Source: Gammaproteobacteria bacterium
GTDB lineage: Bacteria > Pseudomonadota > Gammaproteobacteria > UBA4575
Direction: 5' to 3'
NCBI GenBank assembly: GCA_965221955.1
Contig: CBDCTA010000022.1
Coordinates: 352,001-416,000 of the forward strand
DNA: 64,000 bases
The notes under the pieces were generated by a model that ran no database searches, was not told the DNA's origin, and saw nothing but the letters and a program-made list of their open reading frames with translations. Shown piece by piece: positions 49,727 to 59,309 of this stretch. How positions within the stretch are numbered: the first letter of the stretch is position 1; each line of letters starts with the position of its first letter. The translations under genes and the position numbers were made by a program.

Positions 49727-50566
49727 ATGTCTATTAAAGATATTTTAGTGATATGTGATGCAGGTGAAGCAAACGACTATCGTGTTGAAACCGCGATGTT
49801 ATTGGCAAAAGTTTATCAGGCACATGTAACTGGCATACATTTTGTGCCCTTTCCTGTTATTCCAGTCTATGGTGGCGGCTATCCTGATGCTATTCCTTAT
49901 CTTTCAACTGATCAAATGAAGCAGTCTGAAGAAACAGCTAATGTACTATGTGAGAAATTTAAGAAGAAATCTGCTGAACTAGAAATCCCTAGCGAATGGA
50001 AAGTGATAGATGGCGTAGATGTTCGATATATTATTGACAACGCGCGTTATGCCGATATCGTAATTGTTCCACAAGGTTATTCAAAATATGGGGAAGATTA
50101 CACTCAGAAGATAGACGATTATTTATCTATTCACTTGGGCCGGCCGCTATTAGTCGTTCCAGATCTAAAAAAAGTTTTCACTTTGCCTAGAAGAGTGGTG
50201 ATTGCATGGAATGAAAGCCACGAAGCTGCAAGGGCGGTGCACGATGCGATGCCATTACTACAATATGCAGAAGAAATCCAAGTAATAAGTGTTGCATCAA
50301 GCGCAAAGAAAGAAAAACAGCTCATGATTTATGATAATGATTTACGCAAACATCTATCTCATCATGGTATTGAAGTTGAGGTTGCATCCTTGGATCCAGC
50401 ATCTAAAGGTACAGGAAAAACAATCTTAGAGGGCGCAATAGAGTATAATGCTGATTTAATCGTGATGGGTGCTTATGGGCATACACGTCTCAAAGAAATA
50501 GTCTTAGGCGGAGCGACGAAGTATTTATTAAACAATACAACTATTCCTTTATTTTTATCGCATTAA
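49727..50566 (+). CDS. Tandem-domain universal stress protein (copy 1)
   Basis: IKDILV, ARYADIV, IAWNESHEAARAV, LIVMGAYGH, LGGAT, PLFLSH. Confidence 0.92.
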   Translation: MSIKDILVICDAGEANDYRVETAMLLAKVYQAHVTGIHFVPFPVIPVYGGGYPDAIPYLSTDQMKQSEETANVLCEKFKKKSAELEIPSEWKVIDGVDVRYIIDNARYADIVIVPQGYSKYGEDYTQKIDDYLSIHLGRPLLVVPDLKKVFTLPRRVVIAWNESHEAARAVHDAMPLLQYAEEIQVISVASSAKKEKQLMIYDNDLRKHLSHHGIEVEVASLDPASKGTGKTILEGAIEYNADLIVMGAYGHTRLKEIVLGGATKYLLNNTTIPLFLSH

Positions 50567-50607
50567 CAATACTACACGCATCCTAATTAATATTAATAAT
50601 AAATAGC

Positions 50608-51447
50608 ATGTCAATTAAAGACATTTTGGTAGTTTGTGATACGGGTGAAGCAAATGATTTTCGGGTTGAAACCACTTTGTTATTTGCAAAAGTTTTCGAT
50701 GCACATGTAACCGGAATTCATTTAACACCTTATTCGATCCCATCTGAATCTAGCAGTGGTTTTAATAAAGTAATTGATTACTTATCGAGCGAAAAACTTG
50801 AAACAGCTAAAGAGACTGCTGAGACAATCAAAGCTAATTTTGAAAGTAAAGCATCAGAATTAGAAGTTCCTTATGAATGGAATTTTACAGATGGTATCGA
50901 CAAACAATTTATCATTGACCATGCACGATACGCAGACTTTGTTGTATTACCACAAGGTTATTCTAGTATTGCAGAGGAACACCCGCATAGAATAGATGAT
51001 TACTTATCGATCTATATGGGGCGTCCGACAGTCATAATTCCCGATATTAAGAAAGTATTTAACTTACCTAAAAGAATTATCATTGCTTGGGATGAAAGCA
51101 AAGAAGCTGCGCGTGCGGTGCATGATGCAATGCCTTTTTTAGAATATGCAGAAAATGTGCAAATTGTGAGTGTTTCAGGTACTCCTAAAGAGGAAAAGAG
51201 CAATATCATTTACAGCGATGATTTACGTAAGCATTTATCTCATCATGGTATTAGCACTGATGTAATCCTTGCCGATGAACTAGAAGAAGGTATAGGTAAA
51301 ACGATTTTGCAAAGCGGGTTTGAATATGATGCTGATTTAATCGTGATGGGAGCCTATGGCGAAACTCGGCTTGAGGAAATCGTATTAGGTGGAGTTACCA
51401 GATATCTGCTGAATAACACAACCATACCTCTTTTTTTATCGCATTAA
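50608..51447 (+). CDS. Tandem-domain universal stress protein (copy 2)
   Basis: Same length (279 aa) and motifs as the preceding gene. Confidence 0.92.
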   Translation: MSIKDILVVCDTGEANDFRVETTLLFAKVFDAHVTGIHLTPYSIPSESSSGFNKVIDYLSSEKLETAKETAETIKANFESKASELEVPYEWNFTDGIDKQFIIDHARYADFVVLPQGYSSIAEEHPHRIDDYLSIYMGRPTVIIPDIKKVFNLPKRIIIAWDESKEAARAVHDAMPFLEYAENVQIVSVSGTPKEEKSNIIYSDDLRKHLSHHGISTDVILADELEEGIGKTILQSGFEYDADLIVMGAYGETRLEEIVLGGVTRYLLNNTTIPLFLSH

Positions 51448-51507
51448 TTATATGTAATCTTGTTAATCTTAGGAAAGCTACAGTTACTCCTATGATTTAT
51501 TGCAAAC

Positions 51508-52707
51508 ATGACTGAACCGCCTTTAGCCAGAAGAATATCTCTGCCTTTATTAACTTTATATGGGCTAGGGACCATTCTAGGTGCAGGGATTTACGTTTTA
51601 ATTGGCGAGGTCGCACTGCGTGCGGATCAATTAGCTCCTTTATCGTTCATCGCTGCAGCACTTATTGCAGCGGTTACCGCATATTCATTTGCACGCTTGG
51701 CTTCTATGTTCCCTAAAAGTGCTGGAGAAGCCGCGTATGCCTATGCTGCGTTTAATAAGCGCATTATATCCGTATTAGTAGGCTTGGCTGTTGTAATGGT
51801 GGGAACCGTTTCTGCTGCAACCATGACCAAAGGGTTTGCAGGTTACTTCATCGCGCTTTTCCAAATTCCAGAATTAGTAGTGATCTTGAGTGTCATTGTA
51901 ATGATCACTGCATTTGCAATTTGGGGAATTAGTCAGTCTTTAATTATTGCTTCATGTATCACGATTATAGAAATTATTGGCTTACTTTTTGTAATTTATG
52001 CTGTCATAGATGTAAATGAACTAGAAAACTTTAGTCTTCCTACCTCTGCTTCTATCTTATCCGGTGGCGGCGTTATATTGTATGCAGCCTTTATTTCGTT
52101 TTACGCTTATATTGGTTTTGAAGATATAGTCAATATTGCAGAAGAAACTAAAAACCCAACCAGAGTAGTACCTCTTGCCATAACCTTATCTTTAATATTT
52201 TCGACCTTACTGTATGTAGCACTTTCTATTACGTGTACCGTTTTTATACCTTCATCTATTTTTAATACAAGTAGTGCTCCATTGGTCTCAATAGTTGAAT
52301 ATAAAAACTACAACCCAACTATTATGGCAATGATCAGCATGATCGCGATCATAAACGGTGCATTAGTACAATTGATTATGGCGTCAAGAGTTTTATATGG
52401 AATGGCAGAACAAAAACTATTCATGCCTATATTTAAGACGGTAAATAAGAAAACCCGCACACCAATAGTAGCAACTATTACAATTGCTATAGTACTCATA
52501 ATTCTTACGACTGTTTTTGATTTAGTCACTCTAGCCGAAATTACCAGCACTATAACGTTAGGGATTTTTATCGTTGTTCAATCTTCTCTTATTTATCTCT
52601 CTATTAAAGGACATAGCAAAAACAAGCTAGACTATATTCTTCCAGTTTTCGGAATTTCGCTTAATTTCGTGTTACTGTTTTTTGGTTACCTTAACGTGCA
52701 ACATTAG
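51508..52707 (+). CDS. APC-family amino acid permease
   Basis: GTILGAGIY, PKSAGE, YAYIGFE, AEETKNP, ASRVLYGMA. Confidence 0.9.
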   Translation: MTEPPLARRISLPLLTLYGLGTILGAGIYVLIGEVALRADQLAPLSFIAAALIAAVTAYSFARLASMFPKSAGEAAYAYAAFNKRIISVLVGLAVVMVGTVSAATMTKGFAGYFIALFQIPELVVILSVIVMITAFAIWGISQSLIIASCITIIEIIGLLFVIYAVIDVNELENFSLPTSASILSGGGVILYAAFISFYAYIGFEDIVNIAEETKNPTRVVPLAITLSLIFSTLLYVALSITCTVFIPSSIFNTSSAPLVSIVEYKNYNPTIMAMISMIAIINGALVQLIMASRVLYGMAEQKLFMPIFKTVNKKTRTPIVATITIAIVLIILTTVFDLVTLAEITSTITLGIFIVVQSSLIYLSIKGHSKNKLDYILPVFGISLNFVLLFFGYLNVQH

Positions 52708-52973
52708 CCACATTTAAATGCAATAAAATATTTGTTTTTATATTGATTTATAAAAAATTGGGTCAGCATACTTGCCTATGATGATGCACATCATAAGTAC
52801 CAAAGAACCATAGTAACTGAGATTTCAGGTTTGCTTAAAGGCAAGCGAGTAGTGCGCAGCCATGAGCACGAATGTATAAAGTATTACAAGTTAAAGGGAA
52901 ATAAATAAGAAGAATAAAAATTAAAGTCTGAATAAATACTGACAATATATTTATCCAAGATCATGCTATCTAC

Positions 52974-53216
52974 TTACAGTCCAACTAATTCGGCATGCAT
53001 GTTATGTTGTTTCGCAAGTTTTACAAATTCTAAAGACTTAATTACTTCAGGATCATAAACAATGATCATTAAATGAGGTTTATCATCGTGAAAGGATGCA
53101 GAATAAACACCATTCTCATGTAATAGTACATCACGAAAATCTTCTAAATTGCCATGAGACAATTCTTCGTCTATATGCAACATCACATCAACAGTTGTAG
53201 CTTCCTTATCGTTCAT
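52974..53216 (-). CDS. Small hypothetical protein, HMA/ferredoxin-like pattern without CxxC
   Basis: DVMLHIDEEL...GV...PHLMIIVYDP...AELVGL; RBS AGGAG; FNR box upstream. Confidence 0.75.
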   Translation of the reverse strand: MNDKEATTVDVMLHIDEELSHGNLEDFRDVLLHENGVYSASFHDDKPHLMIIVYDPEVIKSLEFVKLAKQHNMHAELVGL

Positions 53217-53279
53217 CGTAATACAATTCTCCTTAAAAATTATTGGTTAATATTGAAGCTCATAATAAGTAATTCCACC

Positions 53280-53293
53280 TTGATATATATCAA
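53280..53293. promoter_or_regulatory. FNR/FixK box (perfect)
   Basis: TTGATATATATCAA about 64 bp upstream of the 80-aa gene. Confidence 0.85.
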
Positions 53294-53338
53294 CTAAAGA
53301 TATTTGGGCATTTAATTTCTCCATAGTCTTCAAATATT

Positions 53339-53665
53339 TTATTTGTATTTACAAAAAACATCATGTAACGATGTAACGATATGAGACAAATCTTTATCCA
53401 CGAGTTTATAGTAGATAGTTTGTGATTCACGGCGTGTTTCAACTAAATTGTGCTGTCTTAATACTGCAAGATGCTGGGATAAGGCAGACTGACTAAGATC
53501 TACAAATTCATTAATCTCACTTACCGTCATCTCGTTCTTAACCAACATACATAAAATCATCAATCTTGCTTCATGAGCAATAATTTTTAGCGTACGAGCT
53601 ACGTTTTCACGTTGCTCTAACATATCGTCTGCAGATTCTTCTCTTAGTTTTGCTTTAACAGGCAT
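53339..53665 (-). CDS. ArsR/SmtB repressor of the BigR/SqrR (persulfide-sensing) type
   Basis: RLMILC39ML, SQSALSQHLAVLR, TRRESQTIYY, DVFC105; 66-residue Cys spacing as in SqrR C41/C107. Confidence 0.85.
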   Translation of the reverse strand: MPVKAKLREESADDMLEQRENVARTLKIIAHEARLMILCMLVKNEMTVSEINEFVDLSQSALSQHLAVLRQHNLVETRRESQTIYYKLVDKDLSHIVTSLHDVFCKYK

Positions 53666-53704
53666 AAATATTATCTAAGTACAGCATTAACTATAGTTAT
53701 AGAT

Positions 53705-53750
53705 ATTAGATTTTACTAATTTAGCTTGCGCTAAATTAGTAAAATTTGAT
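53705..53750. promoter_or_regulatory. Long inverted repeat, candidate ArsR operator
   Basis: ATTTTACTAATTTAGC-TTGC-GCTAAATTAGTAAAAT (16-bp perfect arms, 53710-53745). Confidence 0.7.
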
Positions 53751-53816
53751 ATACATATCCTATTATATAGCAAGCCTATATAAAAATAGATAGCTAAATA
53801 CGAAAAATTGATTCAA

Positions 53817-53830
53817 GTGATTGAAATCAA
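53817..53830 (+). promoter_or_regulatory. FNR/FixK box (9/10)
   Basis: GTGATTGAAATCAA about 70 bp upstream of the DsrE2-like gene. Confidence 0.65.
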
Positions 53831-53901
53831 ACAGCTACATAAATATTCAAGTTTTAATGGACCGAAGCAACATTCAATTGGAGACAACCTAAACGATACA
53901 C

Positions 53902-54525
53902 ATGGATAGAGAAGTGAACACAGCAAGCCAATTAACTGGTAATAAATTTGAAACAGAAGAATTTAACCGCTTATTTGATGAACGCTTTGAGCAAAAAATG
54001 CATGAGCGTGAAATAAACAAAGTTCCAAGAATGGCACTCATTGCCACGAAAGGAACGTTAGATATGGCCTATCCACCTTTTATTCTTGCTTCAACTGCAG
54101 CAGCAATGGGTTGGGAAGTCTCTGTTTTTTTCACATTCTATGGTCTCAATTTACTTAAAAAAGAAATCAATACAGAAGTATCACCTCTTGGTAATCCTGC
54201 AATGCCAATGAAAATGCCTTTCGGGCCAGAGTGGTTCAAAAACATTGATTGGGAAATTCCAAACATTGTAACCAGCAATATCCCAGGTTTTGAAAGATTA
54301 GCAACGTTACTGATGAAAAAAACTTTGTCATCAAAGGGCGTAGCGAGCCTAAGTGAATTACGAGAACTTGTTATTGAGGCCGAAGTTAAATTAGTTGCAT
54401 GCCAAATGACTGTAGATTTATTTGGCTATCAAAAAGAAGATTTTATTAAGGAGATTTCAGATTGGGTTGGTGCTGCAACATTTTTACCTTATGCGCAAAA
54501 ATCTGATATCTGTTTATTTATTTAA
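53902..54525 (+). CDS. DsrE2-like (DrsE_2) sulfur relay protein
   Basis: ATKGTLDMAYPPFILASTAAA, FFTFYGL, VACQMTVDLFG, GAATFL. Confidence 0.9.
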   Translation: MDREVNTASQLTGNKFETEEFNRLFDERFEQKMHEREINKVPRMALIATKGTLDMAYPPFILASTAAAMGWEVSVFFTFYGLNLLKKEINTEVSPLGNPAMPMKMPFGPEWFKNIDWEIPNIVTSNIPGFERLATLLMKKTLSSKGVASLSELRELVIEAEVKLVACQMTVDLFGYQKEDFIKEISDWVGAATFLPYAQKSDICLFI

Positions 54526-54565
54526 AGGGACTGTTTAATTACTTGAAATTTTAAAAGGAAGAAGG

Positions 54566-55924
54566 ATGTTAAATAAAAAAATACTGATTGTACTAAGCCT
54601 ATTTTTTGTGCCGATTATGGCTAATGCTACTAACGGTTATTTTGCACACGGAACAGGTTTAATAAATAGAGCACTTGGTGGTGCTGGTGTTGCCTTCCCA
54701 CAAGATGCAATGGCTGGAGCAACCAATCCCGCAGGTATGGCGTTTGTAGGTAATCGAATTGACATTGGTGCAGTATTGTTTAAGCCTGATCGTGAATATT
54801 CTGCAGGGCCGAGTTTAATTAACGGCAATATGGGAGCATTTACTATCGGTCAAGGTACTGAAGAGAGTGGAGATGAAAATTTTATTATTCCAAGTTTTGG
54901 TATCAACTATATGCTTACCGAGCGTGATGCCATTGGTTTATCGGTTTATGGAAATGGTGGACTGAATACAACGTATGATGGAGGTAGTGCATTTTTCTTC
55001 AACCCAATGGCAATGGGCGTAGTTAATCCTCCTGGCACATTTGGTGATGGCACGGCTGGTGTAGATCTTTTTCAAATCTTTTTTAATTTTTCCTATGCAC
55101 GCCAATTTTCGGATAATTTTTCAGTAGGAATTAGTCCAATCTTTGCGGTACAAGGATTTCGAGCCAATGGATTGGGTGCATTTGCTGGGTTTACAAAAAC
55201 ATTTAACGAAAGTGGTTTTACTACGGTACCAGATAATTTAACCAGTAATGGAACAAACTACTCATACGGTGGTGGAGTGCAAGTTGGAGCTCTTGCAAGA
55301 GATGTCATTGGCACTGCAGATTTTGGAATTTCATACCGTTCAAAGATGTATATGGATGAATTCGATGATTATTCGGATTTATTTGCTGAAGATGGTGACT
55401 TTGATATTCCTTCCACATTATGGGCAGGTTTTGCAGTCGACTTAACTGAAAAAATAACTTTAGTCGCAGATTATCAAAAGATTTGGTATGAAGATGTCGA
55501 AGCGGTAAGTAATGATATCCAAAACTTAGAGGCTTGTCCTATTGCTATGTTGGGCGGCACAGATGTTGAAAGCTGCTTGGGTGGCGACAATGGTGCAGGG
55601 TTTGGTTGGGATAACATTGATGTCATCAAAGTAGGTCTACAATGGCAATCCCACCCTAATGTCACTATGCGGTTTGGTTATAGCCATTCTGATCAGCCCA
55701 TTGATGATGATCAAGTGCTGTTTAACATATTGGCACCTGGAGTGATTGAAGATCACATTACCATTGGTGCGACAATTGAAACCAAAATGGGCGAGATTAA
55801 TTTAGAAGCCATGCATGCCTTAAGTGAATCTGTGAAAGGGCGTAGTGCTTTTGATCCTACACAAGAAATTCGTCTTAAGATGAATCAGTTTGAACTAGGT
55901 ATTGGTTGGTCAAAAGAATTTTAG
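54566..55924 (+). CDS. FadL/OmpP1/TodX-family outer-membrane transporter
   Basis: Signal peptide then TNGYFAHG..ALGGAGVA..NPAG hatch, YGNGG, FDIP, FNILAPG, C-terminal F. Confidence 0.88.
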   Translation: MLNKKILIVLSLFFVPIMANATNGYFAHGTGLINRALGGAGVAFPQDAMAGATNPAGMAFVGNRIDIGAVLFKPDREYSAGPSLINGNMGAFTIGQGTEESGDENFIIPSFGINYMLTERDAIGLSVYGNGGLNTTYDGGSAFFFNPMAMGVVNPPGTFGDGTAGVDLFQIFFNFSYARQFSDNFSVGISPIFAVQGFRANGLGAFAGFTKTFNESGFTTVPDNLTSNGTNYSYGGGVQVGALARDVIGTADFGISYRSKMYMDEFDDYSDLFAEDGDFDIPSTLWAGFAVDLTEKITLVADYQKIWYEDVEAVSNDIQNLEACPIAMLGGTDVESCLGGDNGAGFGWDNIDVIKVGLQWQSHPNVTMRFGYSHSDQPIDDDQVLFNILAPGVIEDHITIGATIETKMGEINLEAMHALSESVKGRSAFDPTQEIRLKMNQFELGIGWSKEF

Positions 55925-55943
55925 ATCCCGCTGGAGTTATTGT

Positions 55944-56174
55944 ATGGAGCAAAAAATATTTGAGCTGGATACATCAGGGCTTAATTGCCCATTGCCAGTA
56001 TTAAAGCTAAGAAAAATTTTAAAGACAATGGATTCAGGTCAAGAAGTAAAAGTGATTGCCACAGACCCAGGGTCTGTTAAAGACTTTGCGTCATTTTGTA
56101 ATCAGACAGGAGATCAATTAATAGAATCTAAAGAAGAAAATGGAAAATATATTTATAAAGTAAAAAAGAAATAA
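55944..56174 (+). CDS. tusA: TusA/SirA-family sulfurtransferase
   Basis: LDTSGLNCPLPVL, ATDPGS..DF; start ATG 55944 with RBS GGAG. Confidence 0.9.
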   Translation: MEQKIFELDTSGLNCPLPVLKLRKILKTMDSGQEVKVIATDPGSVKDFASFCNQTGDQLIESKEENGKYIYKVKKK

Positions 56175-56187
56175 TCTAGATAATCTT

Positions 56188-56703
56188 ATGTTTAAGAATT
56201 TATTTATATCACTCACATTGTTGATAATTTTATTTTTATCGGTTGCACAAGCAGAGTCAGTCCTCATGTCACCCGAATGGGGGCAGTTAGCCTGTGAGGC
56301 ATGGAATGAAGATACAATTCTTACTATTAAACTCGTGGAATCTGGCTGGGTAGAAAATGATTTAAATAGAGGCTACAAGGCCATTACGTTATATCGATCA
56401 GATTGCCCAAAGAGTAAAAGGGCTCAATTAAAGATCAGTTTAGTAAATGAAAAAGTTGAATGCACATATGGCGGTGGAGTTATCGAGAAAACAGTAGATA
56501 AAAAAGTTGATTACATTATGCATGCGAATACGCAACGTTGGATCGAAATGGGTAAAGGCGAGTACGGTCCTATGAAAGCTATGATGCTGCGTAGATTAAA
56601 GTTTAAAGGTCCAAAAATGGAAGCCATGGGTAACATGGGACCATTTAAAAATTTTTTATTACTTGCGGGCTCAGTTCCAAGCGATGCATCTAGCTGTCCA
56701 TAA
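56188..56703 (+). CDS. Exported SCP2 sterol-carrier-like protein
   Basis: Signal peptide ..VAQA; DYIMHA...W...GPMKAMMLRRLKFKGPKMEAM resembles the SCP2 C-terminal half; four Cys. Confidence 0.7.
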   Translation: MFKNLFISLTLLIILFLSVAQAESVLMSPEWGQLACEAWNEDTILTIKLVESGWVENDLNRGYKAITLYRSDCPKSKRAQLKISLVNEKVECTYGGGVIEKTVDKKVDYIMHANTQRWIEMGKGEYGPMKAMMLRRLKFKGPKMEAMGNMGPFKNFLLLAGSVPSDASSCP

Positions 56704-56720
56704 ATACATACAAATAAATT

Positions 56721-57542
56721 TTACCTAGTTTTTAATCGAGTTAATTTTTCTCCGTTTTTCAACACCACTATTTCTCCTTCATCCAGTGGTTGCCAAGCTT
56801 CAGATGTTAACGGAACACTGGCAACAAGCACTACATTCTGTTCTACCTGACTAGATTCTATATTAAGTCCGGCAATATCTTGTTTGATTTCTGAATCAAT
56901 TGAACAAGTTCTACATAAAATATGTAAACCAGGGGGACGAAACTCTTTCTCATCATTATGCATTCGTTTATGACCATGTGCGAATAAAAGTTCACTGTCA
57001 GAATAAATAAAATTTGCTGGGCCATATGGCCTAATCAAACTTGCAAAATAGGCTAGCTTGCGAATTCTTTCTTCTATAGTAGGCACTTGACCGGAACTCC
57101 AACACTCTTCAAGTATGCTCATCAAAGCACAAAATGCATACTCAGAGTCCGTATTACCAAGAGGGCGAGCAATTGTATGGTTTAGATTTTTATCAGATGT
57201 GATGCCATGCAAATCTCCGTTGTGAGCAAAAACATGGATTTTCCCTCCGAGTTCACGGGAAAAAGGTTGTGTGTTTTCTAAGCTCACTTTTCCTTGTGTG
57301 GCTTGACGAATATGTGAAAGTACCACCTTGCTTTGGAAGTGGTGGCTTTTTACAAAGTTTAGGCATTCACTATTACTTGCACTACTAGGTTCTTTTATTA
57401 TCTGCGCATCTCTATCAGCATAGAATGCGATACCCCAACCGTCTTTGTGCGGACCTTCCAAGCCTCCATGTTTTGAGAATTCGTCAAGCGAAAACGTTAC
57501 ATTTGTAGGTTGATTACTGGATATTGCAAAAAGTTCACACAT
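56721..57542 (-). CDS. Class II glutamine amidotransferase (YafJ/EgtC-like)
   Basis: N-terminal MCELF, DGWG, HIRQAT, NTQPF, FAHNG, GNTDSE. Confidence 0.92.
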   Translation of the reverse strand: MCELFAISSNQPTNVTFSLDEFSKHGGLEGPHKDGWGIAFYADRDAQIIKEPSSASNSECLNFVKSHHFQSKVVLSHIRQATQGKVSLENTQPFSRELGGKIHVFAHNGDLHGITSDKNLNHTIARPLGNTDSEYAFCALMSILEECWSSGQVPTIEERIRKLAYFASLIRPYGPANFIYSDSELLFAHGHKRMHNDEKEFRPPGLHILCRTCSIDSEIKQDIAGLNIESSQVEQNVVLVASVPLTSEAWQPLDEGEIVVLKNGEKLTRLKTR

Positions 57543-57559
57543 ATAAATGAAAAAAATAA

Positions 57560-58423
57560 CTAACTACGCATGGGTTCTACATGCACTACCACATCATCAA
57601 TCGCAAATTTTTCATAAAGTTCTTCTTCGATAAGATCCGCGACCTTATGAGACTCCTCTGTCGACATGTTAGCTCTTACTGTGACTACAACATCAGCAAA
57701 AGTTTCTTGGCCAATATTGCGTGAACGTAGTCTTTCAATTTTTATGACATCGTCAATTTGTTCAATAGCTTCTACTATTTTTGCTTGATCGACTGCGGCT
57801 TCATCAACCAAAATTGGTATGCTTTTTCGAAATAACTGGAATGCAAGGTAAAACACTAGGCCCGAGACAAATACAGCAAAAATAAAATCAAAAATAGGAT
57901 AGCCGTGTATAGCTAATTGCCAACCACAGATGACCCCTATCGTAACGAGTACATCGCTAAAAGTATGTTTTGCATCTGCCTTTAATAAATCTGAATTTAA
58001 TCGTTTAGCTTGAATATTTTCCCAACTAGATATCAAAACATTCACAATCAATACGCCGAACATAACAATAAGCCCCCAACGACTTGGTAATATTGGATTA
58101 CCAATGCGCTCAAATGCACGTATCACTACTTCGATAGCGATAACACTAAGAAGTGTGGCTAATACAAAAACAGCTAAGGTTTCAAATTTTCTGTGCCCAT
58201 AAGGATGGTTTTGATCAGGAGGAGAAGCAGACACCCTAGATACAATGTATGCGAATACATTATTAAAGACATCTGTAAGAGAATGTAACGCATCACTAAG
58301 GATTGCACTAGATCCCGTATGAATACCAACTACAGTTTTCGCAATCAATACAGCAGTATTGGCTAAACCTTCAAGAATAAGAACAACGCGAACTTTGCGG
58401 TCTTGTTCATTTGTTCTATTCAT
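57560..58423 (-). CDS. Cation diffusion facilitator (FieF-like)
   Basis: DALHSLTD, HPYGHRKFE, DAKHTFSD, VVHVEP. Confidence 0.92.
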   Translation of the reverse strand: MNRTNEQDRKVRVVLILEGLANTAVLIAKTVVGIHTGSSAILSDALHSLTDVFNNVFAYIVSRVSASPPDQNHPYGHRKFETLAVFVLATLLSVIAIEVVIRAFERIGNPILPSRWGLIVMFGVLIVNVLISSWENIQAKRLNSDLLKADAKHTFSDVLVTIGVICGWQLAIHGYPIFDFIFAVFVSGLVFYLAFQLFRKSIPILVDEAAVDQAKIVEAIEQIDDVIKIERLRSRNIGQETFADVVVTVRANMSTEESHKVADLIEEELYEKFAIDDVVVHVEPMRS

Positions 58424-59216
58424 ATTTCCTTAAATATACGCTCCAGTAGACAATTGCAACTAATAATCCTCCACCTACAATATTGCCAAGCGTAACAGGA
58501 ATAAGGTTAGACAAAAAATCCATCAAGCTAATACCGCCACCACTAATTAACATACCTAATGGAATAAAATACATATTCGCCACGGAGTGCTCAAAGCCTA
58601 ATGCTACGAATGCAGATATTGGGAAAATAATTGCTAATATTTTCCCAGCTACATGACGAGCAGAAAAACATAACCAAACTGCCAAACAAACTAATACATT
58701 ACACAAAATTCCTCTTATGAATGCTTGCAATGGATCAAGATTAACTTTTGCAATTGCAATTTCAAGTGCGGTTTCTGAAACTGCACCATCACCAAAAGAC
58801 AGAGTGCCAGACCAAAATACTAATGCAGCCATACCTACGGCACCGCTTAAGTTAGCAAAATATACAAGCCCCCAGTTTCTTAATAATTGTAAGGTAGATA
58901 CTTTACGATCTGCCCATGCCATGACAATGAGATTGTTTCCTGTAAATAATTCTGCACCACCGACTACTACCAGTATTAAGCCAAGTGAAAATGCAACACC
59001 GCCTAATAGTCGTGCTGAGCCTAACCCCATAAATTGATTGGTCATGACCAAAGTAAAAAACATTGCGCCATAGGCAATGAATGCTCCAGCTAGCAACCCA
59101 AGCATAAGGGTTGGCATAGTAGGTAAAGCGGCTTTTTTTACCCCAACCTTTTCAACCAACTCCGCCATTTTAGCGGGCGCATAGGCATCAAAATCCTGTT
59201 CTGACAAAATTAACAA
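58416..59216 (-). CDS. Formate/nitrite transporter family channel
   Basis: LAGAFI, FSLGLIL..GAELFTGN, GILCNVLVCLA, GFEHSVANM, TLGNIVGG; start may be TTG 59207. Confidence 0.93.
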   Translation of the reverse strand: MLILSEQDFDAYAPAKMAELVEKVGVKKAALPTMPTLMLGLLAGAFIAYGAMFFTLVMTNQFMGLGSARLLGGVAFSLGLILVVVGGAELFTGNNLIVMAWADRKVSTLQLLRNWGLVYFANLSGAVGMAALVFWSGTLSFGDGAVSETALEIAIAKVNLDPLQAFIRGILCNVLVCLAVWLCFSARHVAGKILAIIFPISAFVALGFEHSVANMYFIPLGMLISGGGISLMDFLSNLIPVTLGNIVGGGLLVAIVYWSVYLRKYE

Positions 59217-59268
59217 TTCCTATTCTTGTTGTTGCTGTTAAGGCTAATAAAGCCCGCAAATGTAGACA

Positions 59269-59282
59269 TTGATGAATATCAA
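59269..59282. promoter_or_regulatory. FNR/FixK box (perfect)
   Basis: TTGATGAATATCAA upstream of the FNT gene, internal to the minus-strand gene run. Confidence 0.85.
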
Positions 59283-59309
59283 TATGAATTTACATATTAT
59301 ACATTTTAG

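Noticed and set aside
52781-52794. ATGATGCACATCAT, 8/10 FNR-like palindrome
   Set aside because: Lies between convergent gene ends with no credible downstream ORF
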